Shown here: piece by piece, positions 50,668-60,441 of the stretch
Layout of the letters: every line of letters starts with the position of its first letter
Position numbering within the stretch: the stretch's first letter is position 1
DNA from: a bacterium
GTDB taxonomy: Bacteria; SM23-31
Assembly (NCBI GenBank): GCA_965249485.1
Contig: OZ252239.1
Location: forward strand, 2,368,001 to 2,432,000
Direction of reading: 5' to 3'
Length of the DNA: 64,000 nt
Notes under the pieces: generated by a model
What the model saw: the letters and a program-made list of their open reading frames with translations, nothing else
The model's database searches: none
Told to the model about the DNA's origin: nothing
Translations under genes and position numbers: made by a program

Positions 50668-52050
50668 ATGAAATTGCGAATTATGATTTTTTTCTTTGCT
50701 GTAATATTTGCAGTACCTAATGCCATAGCACAGCGAGGAGGCGATTCCTTTAATCCACTTCCGCAGCGTACCGCAGAGACTGACAGGGAAGCGCTTCGTC
50801 TGATGAGAAACGACAAGCTTTACCTAGTTCTGCCGGGAGCCATGCGCGATAATAATGTGGACATGTGGATCCAAGTCAGTCGCGGTAGAGACAGTTTATC
50901 TCCGTATTTTGGATCATTCTCGGGTTATTTGATCTTTACAGACTTGGGAGACAGGATTGAGCGGGCTATGTTTGGTAGAAGCAGGGCTGTTGAAAATATT
51001 GATGTACAAAGTTCTCTCGAGTTCGGGCTCGCTCTTTCCGGCTATGATCACCGACCAAATGTCTACGATGAATTAACAGATTTTGTTGCCGAACGTGATC
51101 CGAAAACGATTGCGGTAAATTTTTCTGAATGGCTTCCTGCAGCAGATGGGATTTCGCATGGTCAATTTCTGCATTTGGAAAAGATATTGGGGCCAAAATT
51201 TTCTCAGAGAATTGTCTCTGCAGACAATGTTGTTACAGATTTTGCGGTAAGAAGGACAAGCAGAGAAGTGGCGGCACAAGTTGAAATATTGGCACTTGCC
51301 CGCCAGCGTGGTTTAGAAAACATATCCAAAATCGTGCCTGGTGTAACGAAGATTAGCGATATAGGTGGCCGCCTTTACTATTCTTCAGGAACAAAACCCA
51401 GTGAATCAGTAAAAGATTTTCCACCTGATGTCAGGTATTTTCTTCCTAACCCTGACTATGTTCTTCAACGTGGCGATTTATTCGTTGGTAGTAATGGCGG
51501 TCCCGGTGGCAGCTATATGGGCTTTGGAGTAGATACGAAAATTCATGCATATATCTTGCGAGAAGGAGAAACACAAGTTCCGGAGTTTATACAAAAGGTC
51601 TATGATAAGGCGATAGCAGGTCAATGGATTTTACGGGAAGGTATGAAAGTCGGCATGACCGCTAAGGAATCTTTGGACGCTATGGTTAAACTCATGGAAG
51701 ATGCAGGCTATATCTATACGCCATTTAGAGATATTGGCACTGAAGACTATAAGATGATCCAGAAAGCACTCGCTGGTAAAGGAACTGATGTTGCAGGATT
51801 TTCCATTGATAATCACAGCTTTGGTATTGGTGGCACTGTCGGGCCCTCAATGGCAGCATTTCGGCCGAACACTCATCATTTGAAAATTCAGGAGAACAAT
51901 ATATTTGCGTTTGAATACATGGTTCATATGAACATTGCGGAAAGACCCGGTTATCCGCTGGCATTTAATATTTCAAATCCTCAAATTGTAACCAGCAAGG
52001 GAGTTGAATTTATTCAGCCCCTCAATGAGAAAATTGTATTGATCAAATAA
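50668..52050 (+). CDS. Secreted M24-like peptidase homolog with divergent metal site
   Basis: Collinear with 1743..3086 (LPGAMRDNNVDMWI, ERDPKTIAVN, ADGISH, AYILREGET). Confidence 0.8.
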   Translation: MKLRIMIFFFAVIFAVPNAIAQRGGDSFNPLPQRTAETDREALRLMRNDKLYLVLPGAMRDNNVDMWIQVSRGRDSLSPYFGSFSGYLIFTDLGDRIERAMFGRSRAVENIDVQSSLEFGLALSGYDHRPNVYDELTDFVAERDPKTIAVNFSEWLPAADGISHGQFLHLEKILGPKFSQRIVSADNVVTDFAVRRTSREVAAQVEILALARQRGLENISKIVPGVTKISDIGGRLYYSSGTKPSESVKDFPPDVRYFLPNPDYVLQRGDLFVGSNGGPGGSYMGFGVDTKIHAYILREGETQVPEFIQKVYDKAIAGQWILREGMKVGMTAKESLDAMVKLMEDAGYIYTPFRDIGTEDYKMIQKALAGKGTDVAGFSIDNHSFGIGGTVGPSMAAFRPNTHHLKIQENNIFAFEYMVHMNIAERPGYPLAFNISNPQIVTSKGVEFIQPLNEKIVLIK

Positions 52051-52097
52051 GCTGAAAACTCAGGGAGAATAATAGTTACAATTGAATGATTTTACGG

Positions 52098-52140
52098 AAA
52101 GTTGGGAATAAAGTATATTTGTTATTCCCAATTTTTCTTA
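52098..52140 (+). terminator. Intrinsic terminator
   Basis: Stem AAAGTTGGGAATAA/TTATTCCCAATTTT followed by a T-rich tail. Confidence 0.7.
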
Positions 52141-52290
52141 TACTAACATTAAATGCAAATTAATTGAAAAAATGATTCCTGCAGTTGGGTAATAAAAACA
52201 AACCAATACTATGTGGTAACTCCGAAATTGATGCGCTGCATGATTATGTGAGTACATTATACACGTGGTGCACTTTAGAAAGGTTGGAGC

Positions 52291-52881
52291 ATGTATAATC
52301 CTTATATAGATAGAAGACAGCTTTTGAAAATCGGGATATCCTATGGCGTATTGGCTACTTTGCCATTTGGATGCAGTTCTTTGGATGATGATATTGTCAA
52401 CGAATTACTCACATTTGTTAGTGACTCTGATTTGCCCTTTAATGAGAAACGAATCGGCGTATTACGTGACGCTGATTATGATACTTTGTCAACATTGTGT
52501 AATTACGTAAACCAGACATGGCAATTAACGACAAATCTGGATAGCTACATTATTCGACTAAAGGCAGATCTCGCATTCAAAACGAATGAAGAACCCAGCT
52601 ATTTGACTGAATATGAGAATGCAGTCGAATTAATAAAATTAATAGTTAGCACAAGTGACAGGATTGAAGAAGCATGGTCAACTCTTCTGTTTTCAGAATT
52701 CGATGCTGAAAATTTTGCGTCTACCAAATTAGGTCGAGCGAGAAACTTTGTTTTTGGTGAAATTATCACACACCAGGTTCCTATATCGGAAGGATTCAGA
52801 AGATACGGATTGTCAAATTACAGAGGTTATTATGGCGGACCATTCGACAAACCCGACAGCTACAAGAGAGGAGAGGTGTAG
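52291..52881 (+). CDS. Tat-exported small subunit of a GMC dehydrogenase (gluconate 2-DH subunit 3 / sorbitol DH small subunit-like), possible lipoprotein
   Basis: DRRQLLK; LPFGC lipobox-like; C-terminal GFRRYGLSNYRGY; directly upstream of the GMC gene. Confidence 0.65.
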   Translation: MYNPYIDRRQLLKIGISYGVLATLPFGCSSLDDDIVNELLTFVSDSDLPFNEKRIGVLRDADYDTLSTLCNYVNQTWQLTTNLDSYIIRLKADLAFKTNEEPSYLTEYENAVELIKLIVSTSDRIEEAWSTLLFSEFDAENFASTKLGRARNFVFGEIITHQVPISEGFRRYGLSNYRGYYGGPFDKPDSYKRGEV

Positions 52882-52882
52882 A

Positions 52883-54412
52883 ATGCAATCGATTATTATC
52901 GTTGGTTCTGGTGTAGCCGGTGCGTTATTAGCGAGGCAACTCCTCAAAAAAAACGATTATCACATTACTATCTTTGAAGCTGGTCCTGATTTTAAAACAG
53001 GCAACTATCGAACATGGCTTGATCATTTGATGGCGAATTATCGCCCTTATAGAGAATTCTGGGATGATCCGCGAACAGAAAATGAATACTTCGGACTTCG
53101 CGGCTCAAGGCTTCTTGTAAAAGGCGGCACTACCAATCATTGGGGTGGGTGGAGTCTGCGCTTTAAACCGGAAGATTTTGAATTGAAATCCCGTACAGGA
53201 CTCGGTGCTGACTGGCCTATTACGTATAAAGAATTATCCTCATACTATACGAAAGCAGAATTTCTGCTGGGGATTGAAGGGGATTCCTACAAAGATGACC
53301 CACCACGGTATGGTGAGAAATTTCCTTTTGAAGCAGCGCCGTATACTTTAAATGATATACCTATAATTAATGCGTTCAAAAAACTGGGTATGGCATACTC
53401 ACATATGCCGATGGCGAGAAATGGAGATAAATGTGTTACGACAGGAACATGTGGGTACTGTCCTGTCAATGCACGATATACTGCTGCTTACGATATAGCT
53501 GAGCTGCAAAAAGAATACGAAAGTAAATTGGATATACGGACGGATTCACCGGTAGTAAAAATAGAAATGGATGGGAAAAAACAAGCCAGAGGGGTGAGTT
53601 TTTTAAATAAGCAAACCGGCATCACTGAATCGATGGAAGGCGACAGCGTCGTTGTGTGCAGTGGTACGGTTGAGTCCGCAAAACTTCTGTTACTCTCAAC
53701 CAATTCTGACTGGAAGGATGGGATTGGTAATGATTCCGGGCATGTTGGCAGACATCTGATAGGGCATCCTCTTGTCGAGGCTCAAGGAATTCGACCGGGC
53801 AATCCGGATAAAATTGAGCAGGAACTTGGATTTATAACCTTGGCAAGTCGACATTTCGATACACCGGAGTACCAAAGAGAAGGTAAAATGCTTCTTGCCA
53901 GAACAGCAGGTAGCCATACGTCACTGGAAAGAGAGATTCTGGCGAATTCCTCACGGGCAGGGATCAATACCAAAATGGAATCAAACATGAAGTTCAGTTT
54001 TTATTCCTCTTTTGAACAGTTTGAGAGCCCTGAGAACAGAATTAGTCTTGGTGACAATACGGACAATTGGGGACTGCGTACTACAAAAATAGAGTTCGGG
54101 GTTAATGAACTTACTATAAAGGCTAACCAAACACATGAACAAAACCTGATTAATATCTTAAAAGCGGCGGATTGTCCGGAAGATAAAATTAGAACTAGTT
54201 TTATTAAGCCGGATGGTGCGCATGCGACATCGACCTGCAGAATGAGCAGCTCAGATACGGATGGTGTGGTCGATAAAAATTTGCGGGTTCATGGCACGGA
54301 TAATCTCTATGTATGCTCCAATGCGGTTTATCCTAATGTCACGGCAACCAACCCGACATTAACTCTGGGAGCACTCTCGGTTCGATTGGCGGATCATATT
54401 GCTTCTGCATAA
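52883..54412 (+). CDS. GMC family FAD oxidoreductase large subunit
   Basis: IVGSGVAG, GGTTNHWGG, DWPITY, CVTTGTCGYCP (Fe-S motif), HATSTCRM and NPTLT motifs. Confidence 0.92.
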   Translation: MQSIIIVGSGVAGALLARQLLKKNDYHITIFEAGPDFKTGNYRTWLDHLMANYRPYREFWDDPRTENEYFGLRGSRLLVKGGTTNHWGGWSLRFKPEDFELKSRTGLGADWPITYKELSSYYTKAEFLLGIEGDSYKDDPPRYGEKFPFEAAPYTLNDIPIINAFKKLGMAYSHMPMARNGDKCVTTGTCGYCPVNARYTAAYDIAELQKEYESKLDIRTDSPVVKIEMDGKKQARGVSFLNKQTGITESMEGDSVVVCSGTVESAKLLLLSTNSDWKDGIGNDSGHVGRHLIGHPLVEAQGIRPGNPDKIEQELGFITLASRHFDTPEYQREGKMLLARTAGSHTSLEREILANSSRAGINTKMESNMKFSFYSSFEQFESPENRISLGDNTDNWGLRTTKIEFGVNELTIKANQTHEQNLINILKAADCPEDKIRTSFIKPDGAHATSTCRMSSSDTDGVVDKNLRVHGTDNLYVCSNAVYPNVTATNPTLTLGALSVRLADHIASA

Positions 54413-54572
54413 ATAGCTGTTTGTAATTTCTGATTTATTAACAAAATGCCATTTTCATGATACAAGTTGATATCAATCCATGCACTACAATTTGCAGCAA
54501 GGCTGGCATTGAACTGATGTGGATTCCACTTGTCTGAGATATTACAACAAATATGACCTACGGTGACAAGCA

Positions 54573-57362
54573 TCAAAACCGGTGTGTGTAGTTAATTTTT
54601 GATGTTGCTCCGCGGGAGAGTAATTGTGTATCGAAATCCCAGACACTTTCACCTAAATTTTTCCAGTTCTGAGTATACACCAGAAAAAAATCGTTTCCCG
54701 GATTGACAGTCCACCTGAATTTTGCAAACAATCCGATCACTTCACTTACATCATCATATTGCAAACTGCTGATGAACGATGACCACGGCGTCAAGTGTAA
54801 TCCTCCTTCAATCTGATAGAGTTTTGTTTTGAAATCTCCTTGAGGAAGGGTAACATCATTGAACTGATATGTCGAAGCGAAATTTATACCCGGAGTCGGT
54901 TTGATATTGATGCTGAAGCTGTAATGTTTCCGCTTGCCAGACCAGAAATCTCCCCACCTTATGATATATTGCCCTGATACTGGTCTTTGTCCTGCAGCCC
55001 AACCTGAGATTTCCCACTCATCAAAGTCATATTTTCCTACAGGTAATGCAATTCCGTCGTGTATCTCAAATTCTTCATCGAGCAGTTCAAAATTTCGGTT
55101 TAATGATAGTTCAAGATTGTCTCCGTCTGCAAAAATAAGCTCAAAAAATGCTAATTTGATATTTTTCGTAACAAGCCTGTTTGACATATCCCAGAGATAT
55201 CTCCATTGTCCCCAAATCTTAATTTGCCGTATTGCGGGAATAAATTCCGGTCGGGGACTAACATTTAATCTCGATTCCGCACGGCGAAAACCGTTCCGCG
55301 TTACAAATCCAACTGCAGGATCGTATTCTTGTCCCAATTCTCTATATGATATATTTCCTGCAAAGAAATCGTTCGGGTAATTAATTCTGAGACCGCGGGC
55401 ACTGAGATCATTAAATGTTGCTGATCCGCCACGCTCAGGATCATTGCGCCAGACTAAAAAACCGTCAAATTCGAGGTTCTTATTTCCAAGAAAATTTGAG
55501 GTGACAAGATTAATATCAGTACCGACAGTGTGTCGGTCTTTTAGTGCAGGTTCGCCATTAATAGCATCACTTGCACGTCGAGTATAGATCAGTCCTACTG
55601 ACGACTGTTGAAAGATAGAACGTTTAATCCGGGCAATAGAAAAATCTTCGACAGGAGAATCGGCACTCAGTTTTTCATCAGTCCTCACTTGAATATAACC
55701 AATCTCATTGCGTCCTATTGTCCCTCCAAGGCGTGCACCGAATATTATAGGAATTTGTCCCCCTTCCGAAAGGCCTATCTTTCGGCTGAAATACGGTGTA
55801 ACACCATTCCTGGCCGAGAAACTGAATGTACTTGATCCTTCGAGAAAAAAATCCCGTTTTTCCTGAAAGAATAAAGGAAACCGGGTCAGATTGACCCTTC
55901 TTTGATCAACTTCCACTTCAGCAAAATCGGTGTTAATGGATACTGCACCGCGAAGACTTGGAGTAATATTATATGAGATATCAAGACCGAGGTCAGATGG
56001 TGTTACCGTTTGGTCTTCGGGATTGGATAAAAAAGCTCCATCTTCAATTATGTTTGGAACGTTTTGCCTTCCGAGTGCGGCATAGGGTTTGATTTCAAGG
56101 CCGATACCCTGAGAAATTTCTTCTAAACTGTTCAGTCTTCCTGCATGAACAGGACTGGTAAGCCGCTGATTTCGTTTATGACCGCTCCACCTTAATTCTT
56201 CATTTTTTCGCCGGATCGTTCTCTGAAAATTAATACCCCAGACATCATTTGCCGGATCAAAATTCAAGGTCTGAAACGGTATGCGGACTTCAGCTGTCCA
56301 TCCTTTATCGTGTATTGAAGTTTCAACGGTCCAAACTCCATCCCATGATTTATTGACACCGCCTCTGCCGCTACTGCCACCACCGCCATCGGTGCCGAAA
56401 AAGATTCCTACTCCTCCACCACCCGCACGGTTTAAAGACCCAATCAATCCGTCACCTAATAATCCGGCAGGATTTGTCTCAAAATAGTATCCTGTTCGTC
56501 CATCCAGAAATGTATCTATGATCCACATAAAGCGGTCGTCAGACGATAGGCTTTCGTCACGCTTTTTCTGATATCCAAGCACACCATCAGGATTTGAATC
56601 GAATAGATTTGCACCTATATAGAGATTGTTTTCGTCATAGAGCACATGGACTTCGGTAATTTCAGTTGCAGTAGAACCTTCTATCGGTTCTGATTGCAAA
56701 AATCCGTTAGCAGGTAATGCACGTTTCCACACATCCTCAGCCAGATTACCGTCAAGACGAATTTGATCTCCAGATATGTGGACTGCATTTATAGATTTTC
56801 CAGAGAAAACAGAAGGAGGTACAGATCTGCTGGGATTGTTGGAAGAAATATCGGTTACACCTGATGATTGATTAATTTTATTCTCATTAGCATGGTATTT
56901 TTCATTCAAATTCCAGACTGTACCATCAGAAAAATCGATTTTGTATGGCACAACCACACCATCAACTGGCACTTCGGAAGATTCGAGAAGTAGATCCCAA
57001 TAAAAAGTGTAAGAAGAGTTTGGAAATATGGAAGTTAAAAATGATTTTTTGAATAATATGGGATCTATTCGATTTTGATAGTAGACCATTAACCAAATGT
57101 GGAGTTCAGTTATTTCGGAATTGCCTGTATTTTCCAAATCAAAATAAGCCCTTAAGTCATCATCAAATGCAAGAAAATTGACGGGACCGTAAATAGAAAA
57201 TGGTGCATTCTCGTATTGAAAGGTCGTTAAAGGGATATAAGAAACAGATTTTGATGCACTATTTACGGTCTGAGCATGCAGGATGGGAGATCGAATAAAG
57301 AATTGAGCAATTACTATTATAAGAAAAAACAATATAGTCTGATTGTAAAAACGATGGTACAT
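54573..57362 (-). CDS. CBM9/DOMON-like + DUF5916 outer-membrane protein with extra N-terminal domain
   Basis: IRLDGNLAEDVW, NTDFAEVEVD and NLTRFPLFFQEKRDFFLEG motifs; ends KINYTHRF. Confidence 0.85.
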   Translation of the reverse strand: MYHRFYNQTILFFLIIVIAQFFIRSPILHAQTVNSASKSVSYIPLTTFQYENAPFSIYGPVNFLAFDDDLRAYFDLENTGNSEITELHIWLMVYYQNRIDPILFKKSFLTSIFPNSSYTFYWDLLLESSEVPVDGVVVPYKIDFSDGTVWNLNEKYHANENKINQSSGVTDISSNNPSRSVPPSVFSGKSINAVHISGDQIRLDGNLAEDVWKRALPANGFLQSEPIEGSTATEITEVHVLYDENNLYIGANLFDSNPDGVLGYQKKRDESLSSDDRFMWIIDTFLDGRTGYYFETNPAGLLGDGLIGSLNRAGGGGVGIFFGTDGGGGSSGRGGVNKSWDGVWTVETSIHDKGWTAEVRIPFQTLNFDPANDVWGINFQRTIRRKNEELRWSGHKRNQRLTSPVHAGRLNSLEEISQGIGLEIKPYAALGRQNVPNIIEDGAFLSNPEDQTVTPSDLGLDISYNITPSLRGAVSINTDFAEVEVDQRRVNLTRFPLFFQEKRDFFLEGSSTFSFSARNGVTPYFSRKIGLSEGGQIPIIFGARLGGTIGRNEIGYIQVRTDEKLSADSPVEDFSIARIKRSIFQQSSVGLIYTRRASDAINGEPALKDRHTVGTDINLVTSNFLGNKNLEFDGFLVWRNDPERGGSATFNDLSARGLRINYPNDFFAGNISYRELGQEYDPAVGFVTRNGFRRAESRLNVSPRPEFIPAIRQIKIWGQWRYLWDMSNRLVTKNIKLAFFELIFADGDNLELSLNRNFELLDEEFEIHDGIALPVGKYDFDEWEISGWAAGQRPVSGQYIIRWGDFWSGKRKHYSFSINIKPTPGINFASTYQFNDVTLPQGDFKTKLYQIEGGLHLTPWSSFISSLQYDDVSEVIGLFAKFRWTVNPGNDFFLVYTQNWKNLGESVWDFDTQLLSRGATSKINYTHRF

Positions 57363-57749
57363 GAAGCAATATCCTTAATTGAGATATTTTGAGTAGTAAT
57401 GTACTTATAAATCATAAATTCATTATTATAATACAAATCGTGTATAATAATCTTCATAGTAATTTCACATTAACGCTTTTTACTCCTTATTTCCAATCGT
57501 AATCATCAATCTCACTAAAGAATTTCTCAAATATCCACTTTCTCGTATTATTCATGCTCGCATTATATAATATTATCGGACTTTATTGAAGATGAGAATA
57601 CATATTAAGAACAATCTACTAACATCTATTTTGATAATTCATATTGTTGTAAACAAATACTAAAAACTTAATTATTAATATAAATTAATTATTTTTACGA
57701 GTTCAGAATGATTATATTTTATTCATCTAGTTTATAATTTGGATCCAAT

Positions 57750-58433
57750 ATGAAGATTCTTATAATTGAAGACGAAAAACAGGTCGCTGACTATATCGCG
57801 AAGGGATTGAAGGAAAATCAATATACGGTTGATGTCGTATATAATGGAAAAGAAGGATTGCATTTGGCTCTTTCCCAATCGTATGATCTTATTGTTCTTG
57901 ATTTGATGCTTGTTGAAATTGATGGTTTTGAAATTCTCAGCACGATTCGTAAAGAGTTGATTGAAATACCAATCCTGATATTAACAGCCAAAAGCGATAT
58001 TTCAGACCGCGTTAAAGGATTGAATTTGGGAGCGGATGATTATCTTACAAAACCATTTTCGTTTGAAGAATTAACCGCAAGAATTAATGCTCTTCTTAGA
58101 AGAAATAAAAAGAGTTTTGATCCTCTATTAAAAGTTGCTGATCTTTCCATGAATATTTTGACTCACTCTATTAGACGTGGAGAAACTGAAATCGAGCTCA
58201 CAAGTAGAGAGTACTCACTGTTGGAATTTTTTATGTATAATAAAAATAGAATATTAACGAGGGCAACTATATCCGAGCATGTTTGGGATTATCAATTTGA
58301 CATGGGAACAAATATTATTGAAGTGTATGTAAATCATTTGCGCAATAAAATAGATTCAGATTTCTCAATTAAACTACTTCATACTGTTAGAGGATTCGGG
58401 TACGTCTTGAAAGAATCAAAAAATGAAGAATAA
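57750..58433 (+). CDS. OmpR-family response regulator (CusR/PmrA-like)
   Basis: IIEDE, LDLML, LTAK and GADDYLTKPF; winged helix LTSREY..NIIEVYVNHLRNKI..TVRGFGY. Confidence 0.95.
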   Translation: MKILIIEDEKQVADYIAKGLKENQYTVDVVYNGKEGLHLALSQSYDLIVLDLMLVEIDGFEILSTIRKELIEIPILILTAKSDISDRVKGLNLGADDYLTKPFSFEELTARINALLRRNKKSFDPLLKVADLSMNILTHSIRRGETEIELTSREYSLLEFFMYNKNRILTRATISEHVWDYQFDMGTNIIEVYVNHLRNKIDSDFSIKLLHTVRGFGYVLKESKNEE

Positions 58434-59823
58434 ATCGATAGTGTTTGTTCTAACCTCATGGTATACCATTGCATTTTTGAGCTCGTTATTAGTTTTTGGA
58501 TTCCTAACATATATTATTGTTACCAATAGATTACTCGCAAATGTGAACGAAACTCTTGAAAGAAATGCATTATGGATAAATCAATTATACGAGGAAGAAA
58601 AATCGGATTTGGAGGAAGAAGATGAAAGTAATGAATATTTTGAATCATTGCTTTCTGAAGAATTGATAGAAAATCTTGAAGAAGGCTTGATCGGATTAGA
58701 AGTCGATTATTTAATATTCATCAATGATTCTAACGAAATTTTATATACATATTCAACCGACACATCTTCATTTGATATCCTCTCATTGATGCCTATTCCA
58801 ACAAATGATATAATTTCGCATAAGCCAACTAATACTCAATTAATAATAATTCCACTAGACGAAAAATATGTTATCATAGCTAAATCGCTTAAGGACTTGA
58901 ATGATTCGACTGCTGTACTATTACGATCGTTTTTGATGGTTTTACCATTTGTATTAATAGTAACAATTGTTGGAGGCTATTTTCTCACAAAAAGAACATT
59001 AAGACCAATTAATAAAATAACAAGTACTGTAAGTACAATTACCAGTGAAAACTTATCTAAAAGAGTTCCGGAAAGAAGTGTAGATGATGAATTAGGACAA
59101 TTAATCAAAACATTTAACTCGATGTTGGAATCACTTGAGAACTCTTTTCACAGATTGTGGCAGTTTTCATCAGATGCATCACATGAGTTGCGGACTCCAT
59201 TAACAATTATTCGTAACACAATTAATAATCTTATCAGAGAAAATTTATCTCATGATGAGCAGAATGAATTGCTACTTAAATTGGAAAATGAGGTAATAAG
59301 AACATCCGAGATTGTTGACAATCTTTTATTGTTGAATAAAATTGAACAAAAAAAAGAAGAATTGCAGTTAACAGAATATGATATGCATGTTTTATTCAAT
59401 GAAATCGCTGAAGATACAGAGATTTTAGCTATGGGGAAAAATATTTCCGTAAAAATAATTCACGTTGAAGATGTGAAAATTAAAGCAGACATTTCTTTAA
59501 TTCGGAGAATGTTACTGAACTTAGTAGACAATGCCGTTAAGTTTACTCCGGCTGGAGGAAAGATACTGCTGAGTTTAAAAAAAGAAGGAGGATCTGTGGT
59601 ATGCTCTCTTTCAGACACTGGAATTGGTATTCCTCAAGACCAGATAGATAAAATTTTCGATCGTTTTTATCGTGTTGATCAATCCAGAAACAGATTATCA
59701 GGTGGTGCCGGATTGGGTTTATCTATTTGCAAATGGATCGTCGATGCTCATCAAGGTACTATTAAAGTATCGTCTACGTTAGTAAAAGGCACTGCAATCG
59801 AAATTCATCTTCCTTTAGAATAG
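58423..59823 (+). CDS. HAMP-containing sensor histidine kinase
   Basis: Two TM helices and HAMP; DASHELRTPL, NLVDNAVKF, DTGIGI, FYRVD and GAGLGL motifs. Periplasmic loop is very acidic. Confidence 0.95.
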   Translation: MKNKSIVFVLTSWYTIAFLSSLLVFGFLTYIIVTNRLLANVNETLERNALWINQLYEEEKSDLEEEDESNEYFESLLSEELIENLEEGLIGLEVDYLIFINDSNEILYTYSTDTSSFDILSLMPIPTNDIISHKPTNTQLIIIPLDEKYVIIAKSLKDLNDSTAVLLRSFLMVLPFVLIVTIVGGYFLTKRTLRPINKITSTVSTITSENLSKRVPERSVDDELGQLIKTFNSMLESLENSFHRLWQFSSDASHELRTPLTIIRNTINNLIRENLSHDEQNELLLKLENEVIRTSEIVDNLLLLNKIEQKKEELQLTEYDMHVLFNEIAEDTEILAMGKNISVKIIHVEDVKIKADISLIRRMLLNLVDNAVKFTPAGGKILLSLKKEGGSVVCSLSDTGIGIPQDQIDKIFDRFYRVDQSRNRLSGGAGLGLSICKWIVDAHQGTIKVSSTLVKGTAIEIHLPLE

Positions 59824-59851
59824 TTCTATTACTACATATCCATCCTCAAAC

Positions 59852-59889
59852 ATTAATAAATTTTAATGTTTTATTAATCTCCAGCTAAT
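59852..59889 (+). promoter_or_regulatory. Four phased TTAAT-like direct repeats, putative OmpR/PmrA-type binding site
   Basis: TTAAT at 59853, 59863 and 59874, and CTAAT at 59885 (10-11 bp period), followed by a TATATT -10-like hexamer. Confidence 0.45.
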
Positions 59890-60281
59890 AATCCTCAATT
59901 ATATTTCAGACAATAGGGTAAATTGCAAATGTGAATGTATCATCACCTCTGTTGGTTACATTTGATCAGCAGATCCTTAGATGAAACAAAACAAACGGAA
60001 AATTGAGTGAAAAATATCAGGCAATTATAATCTTAAAACTCATACGGCTTTTTATACATAATTTCCTGTATCCATAAATATATATGATGAATTATAAAAC
60101 ATTAGATTCGATATTATGCCGATAACAAAAAATGTATACTGAGAGGATTTCAAATATCCCCAATGATGTTGTTATGGATATCGTGCTCCTGCTAAGCGGC
60201 AAAATTACTTTGACATTTCAGATTTAAAATCGTACGCTTATGTATACTAAAAGTCATTTTTCACAGAAAGTTTGCCTATAC

Positions 60282-60403
60282 TCGTTCGCTAAAGGTTTCT
60301 ACAGGATTTCGTACGTTATCATAATAATTTCCTGTCGAAGTATACCTTTACGGACGATTTTTTATATTTTGGGCGTCAAAGGTCTGCTTTGACACCCTTT
60401 TTT
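60282..60403 (+). promoter_or_regulatory. Putative transcription attenuator: long hairpin followed by an intrinsic terminator
   Basis: Hairpin 60282-60357, then terminator GGGCGTCAAAG/CTTTGACACCC-T6 (60371-60403) just upstream of the PAP2 genes. Confidence 0.55.
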
Positions 60404-60441
60404 CGTTTATAAACAAATTACTGAAATAGTTTTGAAAACAC

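Noticed and set aside
54413..54572. Weak long-range inverted repeat between convergent genes (possible MITE)
   Set aside because: Arms are short and imperfect, with no second copy or target-site duplication in the window.
60120..60306. Assignment of the leader to the M-box or c-di-GMP-I riboswitch
   Set aside because: Only short words match (AAAAATG..CCAATG, GCTAAAG, GGCAAA..TTGCC). Core elements such as UUAGGUGAGG or the GAAA tetraloop/GACGCAAAG are missing.
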